Shown here piece by piece: positions 29,714 to 39,862 of a DNA stretch of 64,000 nt. The stretch's first letter is position 1, and every line of letters begins with the position of its first letter. The translations under genes were made by a program, and so were the position numbers. The stretch is from the NCBI GenBank assembly GCA_045538555.1, contig JAZSRP010000043.1:75061-139060 (forward strand), given 5' to 3'. This DNA is from Eubacteriales bacterium. Its GTDB lineage: Bacteria > Bacillota > Clostridia > Oscillospirales > CAG-382. The notes under the pieces are model-generated. The model saw only the letters and a program-made list of their open reading frames with translations. It had not been told where the DNA came from and ran no database searches.

Positions 29714-30991
29714 TTACTTAATAATGGTTTTGCCCAGCATATAGGGATGGAGAACCTCAGGGATGTTGACACTTCCGTCAGGATTGAGATTGTTCTCAAT
29801 AAGTGCAATGAGCATTCTGGGAGGAGCAACAACGGTGTTATTGAGAGTGTGAGCAAAATATTTTCCGTCCTGTCCGTCAACTCTTATCTTGAGTCGGCGT
29901 GCCTGAGCATCACCAAGATTGGAGCAAGAACCCACCTCAAAATATTTTTGCTGTCTGGGAGACCATGCTTCAACGTCAACGGATTTCACTTTCAGATCAG
30001 CAAGGTCGCCTGAGCAACACTCGATGGTACGAACGGGAATATCAAGTGTACGGAAAAGATCAACTGTGTTCTGCCACAGCTTGTCAAACCACTCCATACT
30101 GTCCTCGGGTTTGCAGATAACGATCATTTCCTGCTTTTCAAATTGGTGAATCCTGTAAATACCGCGCTCCTCAATGCCGTGAGCACCTTTTTCTTTGCGG
30201 AAGCAGGGGGAATAGCTGGTGAGTGCTTTGGGAAGCTGTGCTTCGGGAATTATTGTGTCAATGTATCTTCCGATCATGGAGTGCTCACTTGTACCGATGA
30301 GATACAGATCCTCGCCCTCGATCTTGTACATCATAGAATCCATTTCAGCAAAGCTCATTACACCCGTAACAACGTTGCTGCGAATCATAAAGGGAGGAAT
30401 GCAGTACTGAAATCCTCTCTTGATCATAAAATCTCTTGCGTATGCAAGAACAGCAGAATGAAGCTGTGCAATGTCACCGGTAAGATAATAAAAACCGTTT
30501 CCGGCAACTTTGCGTGCAGAATCAAGGTCAATCCCGTTGAGCTTTTCAATGATATCCGTGTGATAAGGAATCTCAAATTCCGGAACAAGGGGATCTCCGT
30601 ATCTTTCAACCTCAACGTTTTCCTCATCACTCTTTCCGATAGGAACAGAAGGATCGATAAAGTTGGGGATACGCATCATCTTTTGAAGAATTTCTTCCTC
30701 AATCTGCTTTTCCTCTGCAGAGAGCTCGTCAATTCTACTGCCGCTTGCGGCAAGTTTCTTTTTGAGCTCCTCCGCTTCTTCGCGCTTGCCCTGACCCATG
30801 AGGGCACCGATCTGTTTGCTGCCCTTGTTGCGCTCAGCGCGGAGTGCTTCAACCTCCTGCTTGATCTGACGGTTGCGGATATCAAGCGCCATCACCTCAT
30901 CAACAAGAGGAAGCTTTGCGTCCTGAAATTTCTTCTTCATATTCTCACGTACAGCGTCGGGGTTTTCTCTGAGAATTTTGATATCAATCAT
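29714..30991 (-). CDS. serS: Serine--tRNA ligase
   Basis: 425 aa counting from the ATG at 30991 (MIDIKILRENPD, GGAG RBS; the track's TTG start is 15 nt upstream). It has the N-terminal coiled-coil and class II motifs (FRKEKGAHG, TLNNTVVAPPRMLIALIEN). Confidence 0.95.
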   Translation of the reverse strand: MIDIKILRENPDAVRENMKKKFQDAKLPLVDEVMALDIRNRQIKQEVEALRAERNKGSKQIGALMGQGKREEAEELKKKLAASGSRIDELSAEEKQIEEEILQKMMRIPNFIDPSVPIGKSDEENVEVERYGDPLVPEFEIPYHTDIIEKLNGIDLDSARKVAGNGFYYLTGDIAQLHSAVLAYARDFMIKRGFQYCIPPFMIRSNVVTGVMSFAEMDSMMYKIEGEDLYLIGTSEHSMIGRYIDTIIPEAQLPKALTSYSPCFRKEKGAHGIEERGIYRIHQFEKQEMIVICKPEDSMEWFDKLWQNTVDLFRTLDIPVRTIECCSGDLADLKVKSVDVEAWSPRQQKYFEVGSCSNLGDAQARRLKIRVDGQDGKYFAHTLNNTVVAPPRMLIALIENNLNPDGSVNIPEVLHPYMLGKTIIK

Positions 30992-31024
30992 TGTTTTTAT
31001 CTCCAATTATAATTATTTTATGTT

Positions 31025-31912
31025 TTATTGTTTTGATTCAAAAAAATCGGTGCCGCAAAGGTTTTTTATCAGCAGTTCCAGATCCTGCGATCCAGAAAAA
31101 GCAATGGAAATGTGTCCTTTTCCGTCTGACTTGCGGCGTATGACGGTTTTTCTGCCAAGACGGTCGCTGATATCAGTCTCCAGCTTTTTATAATAAACAC
31201 GGCTTACCAGAGACTGCTGGGACGTTTTCTTCCCTCCGTCAAGTATCATTTTTACCATCTGTTCTGTCTGGCGTACCGAGAGACAGTCATCCACAACCCG
31301 ATCTGCGTGCTGCTTGATATCTTGTTCCTCCAACTGCTGTGACAGCGGAATCAGAGCTCTTGCATGTCCGTATGACAGACTGCCGTTCTCAACCATTGAC
31401 AAAAGTGACTCCGGCAATTTGAGAATACGAAGTATATTGGCAACAGCGGTGCGTGATTTCCCAACACGTTCTGCCGCCTGTTCCTGCGTGAGCCCAAACT
31501 TTTCCATCAGATCTCGGTATCCTCGGGCTTCTTCAACAGCATTGAGATCTTCTCTTTGCAGGTTTTCTATCAACGACAGCTCAGAGGCAGTTTGATCGTC
31601 AACTTCTTTTATCACAGCAGGTATCTCTGACAGACCTGCCATTTTTGACGCACGCCATCTGCGCTCACCAGCGATGATCTCAAAATATCCATTGGATTTT
31701 TTACGAACTGTGATGGGCTGAAGTATGCCATGTTTTGCAATGGAATCCGAAAGCTCCAAAAGGGCAGACTCCTCAAATTTTTTTCTTGCCTGCTCTCGGT
31801 TTGGCTCAATATCAGAAATTTTGATGAGCGCAATCCCGCCCGTGCCGCTTTCTTGAATATCATTGTCCGCAAGGAGAGCATCAAGCCCTCTTCCAAGACC
31901 CTTTTTTGCCAT
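31025..31912 (-). CDS. parB: ParB/Spo0J chromosome partitioning protein
   Basis: 295 aa. MAKKGLGRGLDALL, the ParB box GERRWRASKMAG, and the HTH LTQEQAAERVGKSRTAVAN. Confidence 0.93.
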   Translation of the reverse strand: MAKKGLGRGLDALLADNDIQESGTGGIALIKISDIEPNREQARKKFEESALLELSDSIAKHGILQPITVRKKSNGYFEIIAGERRWRASKMAGLSEIPAVIKEVDDQTASELSLIENLQREDLNAVEEARGYRDLMEKFGLTQEQAAERVGKSRTAVANILRILKLPESLLSMVENGSLSYGHARALIPLSQQLEEQDIKQHADRVVDDCLSVRQTEQMVKMILDGGKKTSQQSLVSRVYYKKLETDISDRLGRKTVIRRKSDGKGHISIAFSGSQDLELLIKNLCGTDFFESKQ

Positions 31913-31914
31913 AT

Positions 31915-32697
31915 CTACCTCCGTTGATCCTCACAACGAGTGATGATCTCATGTGTGATGGCGGAATACGCTGCCGCGCCCTTGCCGTTCCCATCGTAGT
32001 CAGTAATTGCAAGTCCGTGGCTTGGTGCCTCGCTGATCTTGACACTGCGGGGAACGGGTGTACGAAACAGCTTGTCCGCAAAATATTTTTTTATTTCCTC
32101 AAGAACTGCAACAGTGAGATTAAGCCGTCCGTCAAACATATTGATCAGAACACCCAAAAGCTCAATATCGGGATTGTACAGCTTCTTGATCTGCCTGATA
32201 GTCACCGTAAGCTGCGAGAGTCCCTCCAGGGAATAATACTCACAAAGCACCGGTATAATGACATATTTCGACGCAGAAAGCGCATTGATCGTCACAAGTC
32301 CGAGAGAAGGAGGGCAATCTATGATAATATAGTCAAATTGCTCCGTTGCTGTTTTGAGCGCGTTCCTCAATCTATACTCACGGTTTTCCTCGTCTACGAG
32401 TTCAAGCTCAGCTCCGACAAGGTTGATGCTGGAGGGAACAACGGACAAATTGCGCACCGATGTTTCCACGGCTGCCTCGTTCCAACGAAGCCGACCGATG
32501 AGCAGGTCATATACACTGCCGGATATATTTTTTTTCTTTATGCCGATGCCACTGGTTGCGTTGCCTTGAGGGTCAGAATCTACCAGAAGTACCTTTCTTC
32601 CGCTACGGGCAAGACAAGCGGCAATATTAAGAGCGCTTGTGGTTTTTCCAACACCGCCCTTTTGATTGGCAAAGCAGATTACCTTTGCATTTGTCAT
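31915..32697 (-). CDS. parA: ParA/Soj partitioning ATPase
   Basis: 260 aa counting from the ATG at 32697 (MTNAKVICFANQKGGVGKTT, deviant Walker A). The track's longer ORF adds an implausible 32 aa extension. Confidence 0.92.
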   Translation of the reverse strand: MTNAKVICFANQKGGVGKTTSALNIAACLARSGRKVLLVDSDPQGNATSGIGIKKKNISGSVYDLLIGRLRWNEAAVETSVRNLSVVPSSINLVGAELELVDEENREYRLRNALKTATEQFDYIIIDCPPSLGLVTINALSASKYVIIPVLCEYYSLEGLSQLTVTIRQIKKLYNPDIELLGVLINMFDGRLNLTVAVLEEIKKYFADKLFRTPVPRSVKISEAPSHGLAITDYDGNGKGAAAYSAITHEIITRCEDQRR

Positions 32698-32799
32698 GAA
32701 ACAACCTCGTTTTTGTTTAACTATATATAATATAACATATAAGATAAAAATGTCAATAAGCACGTCAATATTTTGTGCTGTCGTATTTCTCATTCAATG

Positions 32800-32828
32800 T
32801 TGACATACAGGCATTAATGAGTTAAAAT
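32800..32828 (+). promoter_or_regulatory. Sigma-A type promoter for the mscS-capA block
   Basis: TTGACA (32800-32805), a 17 nt spacer, then TAAAAT (32823-32828). Confidence 0.55.
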
Positions 32829-32851
32829 GAAAAAATAACGGAGGTGGAATA

Positions 32852-33694
32852 ATGGAAACTTTTTCACTTGAGTTTTTGTCAACGATTCTTGAGCATCTCA
32901 AGCAATATGCCGCAAGCATCGGATTCAAACTGATCGCCGGTATCTTGGTGCTTTTTATAGGTCTCAAACTCTCAAATATTATTGTCAAACGATTCAAAAA
33001 AAGCCGTATTTTCTCCCAACTTGACAGCTCAGTTGCGGGATTTGTCGCAAGTTTTGTCTCAATCATTTTCAAAATATTGGTTTTTATTACTGTCATTTCC
33101 ATTTTAGGTGTTCCCACCTCGTCGGTGGTGGCAGTTGTTGCTTCTGCAGGCGTTGCTGTGGGACTTGCGGTACAGGGCGCAATGTCAAACCTTGTGGGCG
33201 GCATCATGATTCTTTTTTTCAAGCCGTTCAAGAAAGGTGATTTTATTGAAGGAAACGGTGTTTCCGGCACAGTAAGAGAAGTTACGGTATTTTATACGCT
33301 TCTCAATACAGTTGAAAACAATCTTGTTACAGTACCAAACGGTGAGCTGGCAAATTCCGTCGTCACAAATTATTCTTCAGAGGACAAACGCAGAGCCGAC
33401 ATTACAGTCAATATAAGCTATGACACCGATATTGAAAAGGCAAAAGAAATCATCAAAAATGTTTTGACGGAGACAAAAGGGGTTCTTGACGACCCAAAGC
33501 CAATGATAGTTGTTACCGAATACGCGGACAGCTCCATCAAGCTTTCTGTCAGAGCATGGGCAAAAAACGCCGAGTTTTGGGATGTTCGTTTTTTACTCAA
33601 CGAAAAAATTCTTGTCGCACTGCGAGAGAGCGGTATCGAGATACCTTTCCGGCGCATCGACGTCAATATCAATGAACCGAGGCAAAAACAATGA
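32852..33694 (+). CDS. mscS: Small-conductance mechanosensitive channel (MscS family)
   Basis: 280 aa with 3 TM helices. The pore helix is AGVAVGLAVQGAMSNLVGGIMILFFKPFKKGDFI. Confidence 0.88.
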   Translation: METFSLEFLSTILEHLKQYAASIGFKLIAGILVLFIGLKLSNIIVKRFKKSRIFSQLDSSVAGFVASFVSIIFKILVFITVISILGVPTSSVVAVVASAGVAVGLAVQGAMSNLVGGIMILFFKPFKKGDFIEGNGVSGTVREVTVFYTLLNTVENNLVTVPNGELANSVVTNYSSEDKRRADITVNISYDTDIEKAKEIIKNVLTETKGVLDDPKPMIVVTEYADSSIKLSVRAWAKNAEFWDVRFLLNEKILVALRESGIEIPFRRIDVNINEPRQKQ

Positions 33695-35085
33695 AAACAA
33701 AACTTATTATCATAATCTCTGTATTGGTTGCAGTATCAATTCTTGCAGTCAGTATTGTTCTTTTGGAAACCGGAGACAACGGCACTGTATCTGAGAATAC
33801 CTCAAGTGTGTCTCCTGCAATGTCTTCTCCCGATCTTGCGGAACCCAGCGAGGCAAGCAAGGATGAAAACCTTGATCCGTTTGTCGTAGCAGTTGACATA
33901 ATCAAAAAGAATGCGCAAAACCTCAAGTGTGACATTAACACTGATTTTTCTGACAGCTATTTTGAGAAAATGCGAGATACGTTTGGGTTGTCTGCCGTAG
34001 AAGGATTGGCATACGCAATGAAAGACGGTGTTGTTGATGACGAAATGTTTTATCAGGCCACCGGCTATTCAAAAAAGGCATTTATCTCGATGTTTAACGA
34101 AGATCTTGAACGTACGACCATTTGCAAAAACACCGACGATGGAATCATTGATCTTGCCTTTGTGGGCGACACGATGTTTTGCGAGGGATACAGCGTCATG
34201 AACAAATACACCTCCCGCGGAAAAGGTGTGGAGGGAATCGTCAGCAGAGGCGTACTTGATATCATGCACGAGGTTGACATAATGATGGCAAACAACGAGT
34301 TTACTCTCACAACAAGAGGTACACCCGTTCCCAACAAAAGATTTACATTCCGTGGTGATCCAAAAAACGTTTCCATATATCACGAAATGAGCGTTGACAT
34401 TGTAGGTCTCGCCAACAACCACGCATTTGATTACCAGGCAGACTCATTGACGGATACGCTCACCACGCTTGACGGAGCAGGCATCGCCCGTGTGGGAGCA
34501 GGCGAAAATCTCGACGAGGCACGGGCTCCTTATTATTACATTATCAACGGAAAAAAAATCGCATATGTTGCAGGCAGTGCCATCGACCGTCACAGCACCA
34601 GAGGTGCCACAGAAAAACAGAGCGGTGTTTTTCAGATCTTTGACACTGTTTCCATGTGCAAACTGATTGAAGAAGCAAAAGAAAATGCAGATTACGTCAT
34701 AGCGTATGTTCACTGGGGTGTTGAAAGCACAACAGTGCTTACCGCAGGTCAAAAATCCATGGGAAAAGCTTTTGTTGATTCCGGAGCAGATGCGGTTATC
34801 GGTATGCACTCTCACTGCATGCAGGGCGTTGAGATGTACAACGGAAAGCTCATTGCATACAGTCTGGGCAATTTTACTTTTAGCGGATACGACCTGACCT
34901 GCGATATGGTAAGAGTTCAGATCGACAGTGAAGGAAAGTTCAACTACATCATCTATCCCATGATGCAAAAAGACAATTTTACGTATATTGTCGAGGGAGA
35001 TGAGTTTGTAAAACAAATGGGTGACCTCAGAAATATTTCAATAAACGCACTTATTGCCGATGACGGCACCATAACTGCCGATTAA
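33691..35085 (+). CDS. CapA-family (PGA_cap metallophosphatase-like) membrane-anchored protein
   Basis: 464 aa. Its start overlaps the mscS stop (ATGA). It has an N-terminal TM helix, then GLANNHAFDY...YVHWGVE...GADAVIGMHSHCMQG...YSLGNF. Confidence 0.8.
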   Translation: MKTKLIIIISVLVAVSILAVSIVLLETGDNGTVSENTSSVSPAMSSPDLAEPSEASKDENLDPFVVAVDIIKKNAQNLKCDINTDFSDSYFEKMRDTFGLSAVEGLAYAMKDGVVDDEMFYQATGYSKKAFISMFNEDLERTTICKNTDDGIIDLAFVGDTMFCEGYSVMNKYTSRGKGVEGIVSRGVLDIMHEVDIMMANNEFTLTTRGTPVPNKRFTFRGDPKNVSIYHEMSVDIVGLANNHAFDYQADSLTDTLTTLDGAGIARVGAGENLDEARAPYYYIINGKKIAYVAGSAIDRHSTRGATEKQSGVFQIFDTVSMCKLIEEAKENADYVIAYVHWGVESTTVLTAGQKSMGKAFVDSGADAVIGMHSHCMQGVEMYNGKLIAYSLGNFTFSGYDLTCDMVRVQIDSEGKFNYIIYPMMQKDNFTYIVEGDEFVKQMGDLRNISINALIADDGTITAD

Positions 35086-35111
35086 TTTTTTGATTGCCGG
35101 GAGGTAAAATT

Positions 35112-37781
35112 ATGAAGAGAATCATTTCTTCAGCCATCGCAATTTTTCTTTTGATCCCTCTCCTTTGCTGTTTTTCTTCTGCAGAATCCGATGAGTACAA
35201 AACCTACAAGCTATCGGGCATCAACGTTGAAAGAAAATCAAACTATGTAGTGGTCTATACTCCGGATTTTGGCGCAACCACAAAAACCACCGGCTCCGGA
35301 TATGAGGCGTGCGTAGGCGCTGACGGCAGAGTAATTTCCGTTTCTGATACGGCAGACAGCAATATACCTGCTGACGGATTTGTTTTGTCAGCATCGGGAC
35401 CCAGAAAAACCGTTGTGTCGGATCTCTCGGTCGGAGATTTTGTTCAATACGATGCAGATGAGATGAGCGTGCTTGTGCTGGGAAAGGATTATTCGCCCTT
35501 TTCTACCCACACATTTACTTATACGGGAAAAAATTCTGCCCGTAAAGAGAATACGCTAATTATCTATGATAAAGGTGAAACCACAAAAACCAACACCTGG
35601 GGATATGAGGTATGCGTTGACTCAAACGGTACCATAATCTCTGTTGGCGGAAATGATAACGCCATCCCCGAGGGCGGATTTGTTCTTTCTGTTATCGGAA
35701 CACAAAAGCAGGCACTTATTGATGCCGCACGTCCCGGAATGAGCGTTTCTGTTGAAGATACAACAAAAACCGTCACGGTTTCATATACTGCTGATAACGC
35801 ACTTTCCTCGTTTGTTATGCAAAAAGACTCGGTTTGCAGACGGATCGAAGAAAGCAAAAGCAATTTTTATCTGCTTGACTATGAAAAGCTTGATCGGATC
35901 GTCGCACGGCTTGAGGAGATATGTACCGAAATTGACACCCATCTGAAATCCGACAACATGCTTGGTTTCTTGAAAAGCAGCGAATATTTTGAGACAGTAA
36001 TGGCAATTGCCGAGAGCGAGCTGATAGAATACGATCCCGTGGAGGGCAGAGTTCTTTGGCTGCGTATTTCAGCCACCTCAGACGAGTCAGTCATTTCAAA
36101 AACTGTAAAACAGATCTATGAGATGGGATTTAACTCCGTTTGCATCGAGGCGTTGTTTGATTCCACAACTATCATGCCCATGCCGGAGGACTCTCTGCTG
36201 GAGCAAAACCCTGCATTTGCAGGAAAAGATATGCTCAAGCTGTATATTGATGAATTTCACAGATACGGCATCGAGGTTCACCTTTGGATGACATGTTACA
36301 GAGTGGGATATGAGGGAAGCACAAATACCTCACGATCCGTTGGATACAAAAAACCCGAGTGGCGCAATGTATCCCAAAATGGAAATACTGTTGTAAACAA
36401 TGAGTACGGCAACGCTTTTTTCCTAAACCCGGCACTGCCTGAGGTCAAGGAGTTCTTGCTGGAAACATACGAATATCTGCTCAAGAATTACGATTTTGAC
36501 GGATTCCAGCTGGATTATGTAAGATATCCCGAAAACAGCACAGAAAACTTTGGATACGACGATTACACGATTTCAGAGTTCAAAAAAATTTATGGCGACA
36601 TTGCCATTCCTACCTCATCCGGTCAGGCAAAGTGGGAGGAATGGTGCAAGTTCCGTGCAGAATACGTCACGCAGCTTGTAAAAAGCGTTGGAGAAATGAT
36701 AAAAGAGATTCGTCCTGACGTACTTTTCTCATGCGATGTAGCACCGCAATACCCAGAAACGCTGGCAAAAATGTGCCAGGATTCCGTCCGATGGATGGAG
36801 GAGGGGATTGTCGACGTTATTTTCCCCATGGCGTACGGCACTGTAGACGCAGTGACAAAATGGACAGGAATGACAATTGAGGCCTGCGATAACAAGGTTA
36901 TATCATATATCGGCCTGCGTGACAGCGGCGCTTTGAGCTACCGTGAGCAGATCGTGGCGTCAAGAGTTGCAGGTGCTGACGGCACTGCTTTCTTCTCCTA
37001 CAGTCAGTATACTGCAGGGGACTACAAGGGTATTATAGATACCACGATTTTTGAAAAAAATGCTGTTTCTCCCACCTACGACACAAAAAAAGCTGTTCTT
37101 GAGGAGCTGAAATTTTTCTCAAAAAAAGCAACCGATCTCATGATACCCTCATTAGAATCATCCACCGCTCCCCAAAGTTCTGTTGACGCCCTGAAACAGC
37201 TTGTTGCCGAAACAGATGCTTTTTGCAAAAAACTTGAGGGTTCTACAATCACAGAGTGTATGGATGAATTTGGCACTCTGAAACAATCCGCTGACCAATA
37301 TGCAAACGGTTTTCTTGCCGTAAGCATGATCATTGACGGACAGGATACCGCAGTGGTCGTTCTCAAAACATTCCATTCTCTCGCAAGAATGATCAATCAA
37401 TGCCGTGATGATGAAAAAGCAGCATACAGAGAAACACATCCTCTGCCGGAAATGATCGAGCTTCCTGTAAGAGTGGAAATTACTGACGAGTTTGACAACA
37501 CTGACAATGACATTTCCAATGCCCCAACCGTTTCAACAGATGAAAGCAACGATGAAAAAGAAGAACTGACAGTTGTTGAAAAAGTATTTCAGATTCTTTT
37601 TATCGCCGTAATGTCTCTCGGCATCATCGGTCTGCCTCTGTTTTTTGTGCTCAACAAACGAAAAAATAAGATTGCAAAAGAGTACAACGGTGAAAATGTC
37701 CCTGAACCCAAGGATACCGATTATGACAATTCCGATGAGACGGATGTTTCAGACAAAACAGAAAACAATAAAAAACAATAA
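35112..37781 (+). CDS. Glycoside hydrolase-like family 10 (GHL10/YngK-like) surface protein with C-terminal TM anchor
   Basis: 889 aa counting from the ATG at 35112 (GGGAGG RBS). It has a signal peptide, duplicated N-terminal domains (TTGSGYEACVGADGRVISV and TNTWGYEVCVDSNGTIISV), a TIM-barrel region FNSVCIEALF...FDGFQLDYVRYPE, then a TM helix and an acidic tail. Confidence 0.7.
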   Translation: MKRIISSAIAIFLLIPLLCCFSSAESDEYKTYKLSGINVERKSNYVVVYTPDFGATTKTTGSGYEACVGADGRVISVSDTADSNIPADGFVLSASGPRKTVVSDLSVGDFVQYDADEMSVLVLGKDYSPFSTHTFTYTGKNSARKENTLIIYDKGETTKTNTWGYEVCVDSNGTIISVGGNDNAIPEGGFVLSVIGTQKQALIDAARPGMSVSVEDTTKTVTVSYTADNALSSFVMQKDSVCRRIEESKSNFYLLDYEKLDRIVARLEEICTEIDTHLKSDNMLGFLKSSEYFETVMAIAESELIEYDPVEGRVLWLRISATSDESVISKTVKQIYEMGFNSVCIEALFDSTTIMPMPEDSLLEQNPAFAGKDMLKLYIDEFHRYGIEVHLWMTCYRVGYEGSTNTSRSVGYKKPEWRNVSQNGNTVVNNEYGNAFFLNPALPEVKEFLLETYEYLLKNYDFDGFQLDYVRYPENSTENFGYDDYTISEFKKIYGDIAIPTSSGQAKWEEWCKFRAEYVTQLVKSVGEMIKEIRPDVLFSCDVAPQYPETLAKMCQDSVRWMEEGIVDVIFPMAYGTVDAVTKWTGMTIEACDNKVISYIGLRDSGALSYREQIVASRVAGADGTAFFSYSQYTAGDYKGIIDTTIFEKNAVSPTYDTKKAVLEELKFFSKKATDLMIPSLESSTAPQSSVDALKQLVAETDAFCKKLEGSTITECMDEFGTLKQSADQYANGFLAVSMIIDGQDTAVVVLKTFHSLARMINQCRDDEKAAYRETHPLPEMIELPVRVEITDEFDNTDNDISNAPTVSTDESNDEKEELTVVEKVFQILFIAVMSLGIIGLPLFFVLNKRKNKIAKEYNGENVPEPKDTDYDNSDETDVSDKTENNKKQ

Positions 37782-37810
37782 TTCAACTTAACTTTTAGGA
37801 GGAAACCACC

Positions 37811-38338
37811 ATGGCAATCTGCAAAAAATGCGGACTTGAGATTCCCGAGGGAGCAACCGTTTGCCCCGCCTGCGGATATGAACTCGAGGCAAAAAAACAA
37901 TCTGACGTTGCCGATACAAAAGCACAGATTGCAAACGATCTGAGTGAAATCGGCGACAAACTGGCAAAGCTCAACAAAACAGCTGACACCACAAGCGCAT
38001 ACGACAAGTCGGACATCGAAAAGAACAAGGTGATGGCGATCCTGTCATACATTTGGCTCCTTGTTCTCATTCCCATATTTTGTGCAAAAGACAGTCCTTT
38101 TGCAAAATACCATGCAAATCAGGGACTCGTGCTTGCAATTGTTGAAACCGCTTATGGCATTGTTATGACCATACTGGGATTCATTCTTTCTCCCATCAAG
38201 CTTGGCTTTATCGTTACGATTTTGAGCTCACTTGGCGGCATTGTATTCCTTGCTCTGACAGTCATCGGAATCATAAACGTGATCAACGGCAGAGCAAAAG
38301 AGATTCCGATTATCGGCGGAGTAAAGATCCTCAAATAG
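37811..38338 (+). CDS. Zinc-ribbon plus DUF4870-like membrane protein
   Basis: 175 aa. N-terminal zinc ribbon CKKCG...CPACG, then ILSYIWLLVLIPIFCAKDSPFAKYHANQGLVL and 3 TM helices. Confidence 0.65.
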   Translation: MAICKKCGLEIPEGATVCPACGYELEAKKQSDVADTKAQIANDLSEIGDKLAKLNKTADTTSAYDKSDIEKNKVMAILSYIWLLVLIPIFCAKDSPFAKYHANQGLVLAIVETAYGIVMTILGFILSPIKLGFIVTILSSLGGIVFLALTVIGIINVINGRAKEIPIIGGVKILK

Positions 38339-38356
38339 AATATCACCAAAAACAAA

Positions 38357-38386
38357 GAGAAACAGAACTGCTCTGTTTCTCTTTTT
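38357..38386. terminator. Bidirectional terminator between convergent genes
   Basis: GAGAAACAGA-ACTGC-TCTGTTTCTC, a perfect 10 bp stem, followed by TTTTT. Confidence 0.8.
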
Positions 38387-38397
38387 GCTTGCATGAA

Positions 38398-39708
38398 CTA
38401 CTCGCCGGCAGCCCTAAATTCAGACGGAAGGAACTGGGGGTCTATATACTCAACAACAGTATTTATGAGCGTTTGTCTGGAAAATTTTCCGCCAACCAGC
38501 GATCCCGTCGAGCCCTCTGTTTTGACAACGCCGTGCGTTTTTGCGATTTCCTCTGAGTAATCTGAAAGGTAATAGATATGATAATTTTCAAAGGATGAGT
38601 CACGGTGCGTAACTATTGGAATCAGCAGGGGAGAGTCGATACGTATTTCGTTGCTGTATCCATCCTTGACAATGGACATTTCCAAAACAAGCCCCAACAT
38701 GTTTTTTCCGCTCCGCATACCCGAAACAAAGTTTCCGAGAGAATAGATCACAAGTGTTTTTTTACCGCTATTATTCACAAGGAACTCTGCGGGCTGTATA
38801 ACGTGAGGGTGCATTCCCAAAACAAGATCCACTCCAAGCTCGTTCATATACTGTGCGTATTCCTTTTGCAGATTGTTTGGCTTGAATGTGTTTTCATCAC
38901 CCCAATGGCAGGAAACAATGACAAAATCCGATATTTCTTTTGCTCTTTCAACCTGTCGTGCCAACAGCTCTTTGTCAAAATAAGGGATCACTGCACACGA
39001 ATCCTTGTCAAGCTTTATTCCGTTTGTGCCGTATGTGTAGGTAAGAAAAGCAATTTTTATACCTTGATTTTCAATAACGGGAACGCTGTTAAGAGATGTA
39101 CTGTCCGGATAATAACCCAATGGCAAAACTCCCAAATTTGCAAAAAGATCACTGCAGTTCTTCAATCCGTTGATATTTTTTGTATCAAGCATATGGTTGT
39201 GTGCAAGATTGAATACGTCAAATCCAAGCTCTACCATATATTCGGCAACAGCCCTTGGGGTATTGAATCTGGGATAACCGGAAACGCTTGAGTCCTCTCC
39301 GGCAATAAGTGTTTCTTGATTGAGATAGGCAATATCCGCATTTTTGATTGCCTCTGAAAAATCGGAATAGATCTCCGAAAAATCGTACTCAGCATTGTGA
39401 AGATCAGACTTGTCGGGCTTGACGCCGTTTTTTTCTGCAGCAGTTTCAAGCGCATCAATATATACCGAGGGATGAATAATATTGTCCGGACAAGCAAAAA
39501 ACGTCACGACAGTATCATTAACCACCTCCTCGGCGCTTTCGCATCCATTACTGCTCTCCTGCTCAGGAGCAATCGTTACTTCTTCAGATGCGGTTTCAGC
39601 AAAACTTTCAGAGAAATGTGTATCGTTGGATCTCTTTTCAGAGCACCCCAAAAGCAATGTGTTTGCAAGCAGCAAAAGCAACAAAAAGAAACTGATTTTT
39701 TTCAACAC
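38398..39708 (-). CDS. CapA-family lipoprotein (second paralog)
   Basis: 436 aa with the lipobox LLLGC. FNLAHNHMLD...VSCHWGDE...VDLVLGMHPHVIQP...YSLGNF. Confidence 0.8.
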   Translation of the reverse strand: MLKKISFFLLLLLLANTLLLGCSEKRSNDTHFSESFAETASEEVTIAPEQESSNGCESAEEVVNDTVVTFFACPDNIIHPSVYIDALETAAEKNGVKPDKSDLHNAEYDFSEIYSDFSEAIKNADIAYLNQETLIAGEDSSVSGYPRFNTPRAVAEYMVELGFDVFNLAHNHMLDTKNINGLKNCSDLFANLGVLPLGYYPDSTSLNSVPVIENQGIKIAFLTYTYGTNGIKLDKDSCAVIPYFDKELLARQVERAKEISDFVIVSCHWGDENTFKPNNLQKEYAQYMNELGVDLVLGMHPHVIQPAEFLVNNSGKKTLVIYSLGNFVSGMRSGKNMLGLVLEMSIVKDGYSNEIRIDSPLLIPIVTHRDSSFENYHIYYLSDYSEEIAKTHGVVKTEGSTGSLVGGKFSRQTLINTVVEYIDPQFLPSEFRAAGE

Positions 39709-39862
39709 TTCAACTCCAAATTTATTTATTTCTAATTCTAACCTATAAGTATTAAAAAATCAAGTAAGATAAGCAATATTGCTGTATATAATGATTTATG
39801 TATACGCTTGACAAACAATAGCAAAAAATTGTATAATGACACCATAAGTGAGGTGTAATAAT

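Noticed and set aside
30143-32730. 289 aa and 274 aa plus-strand ORFs opposite serS and parA
   Set aside because: serS and parA/parB are unambiguous on the minus strand. The plus-strand ORFs have no RBS and no recognisable motifs.
32698-32793. Extended ParA N-terminus (track start at 32793)
   Set aside because: The extra 32 residues are hydrophobic/AT-rich read-through. The canonical MTNAKVICFANQKGGVGKTT begins at the ATG at 32697.
31025-32851. Searched for parS (TGTTNCACGTGAAACA) in and around parAB
   Set aside because: I saw only unrelated half-matches elsewhere (for example TGTTTCAC at about 40923). There is no 16 bp palindrome that I can support by eye.
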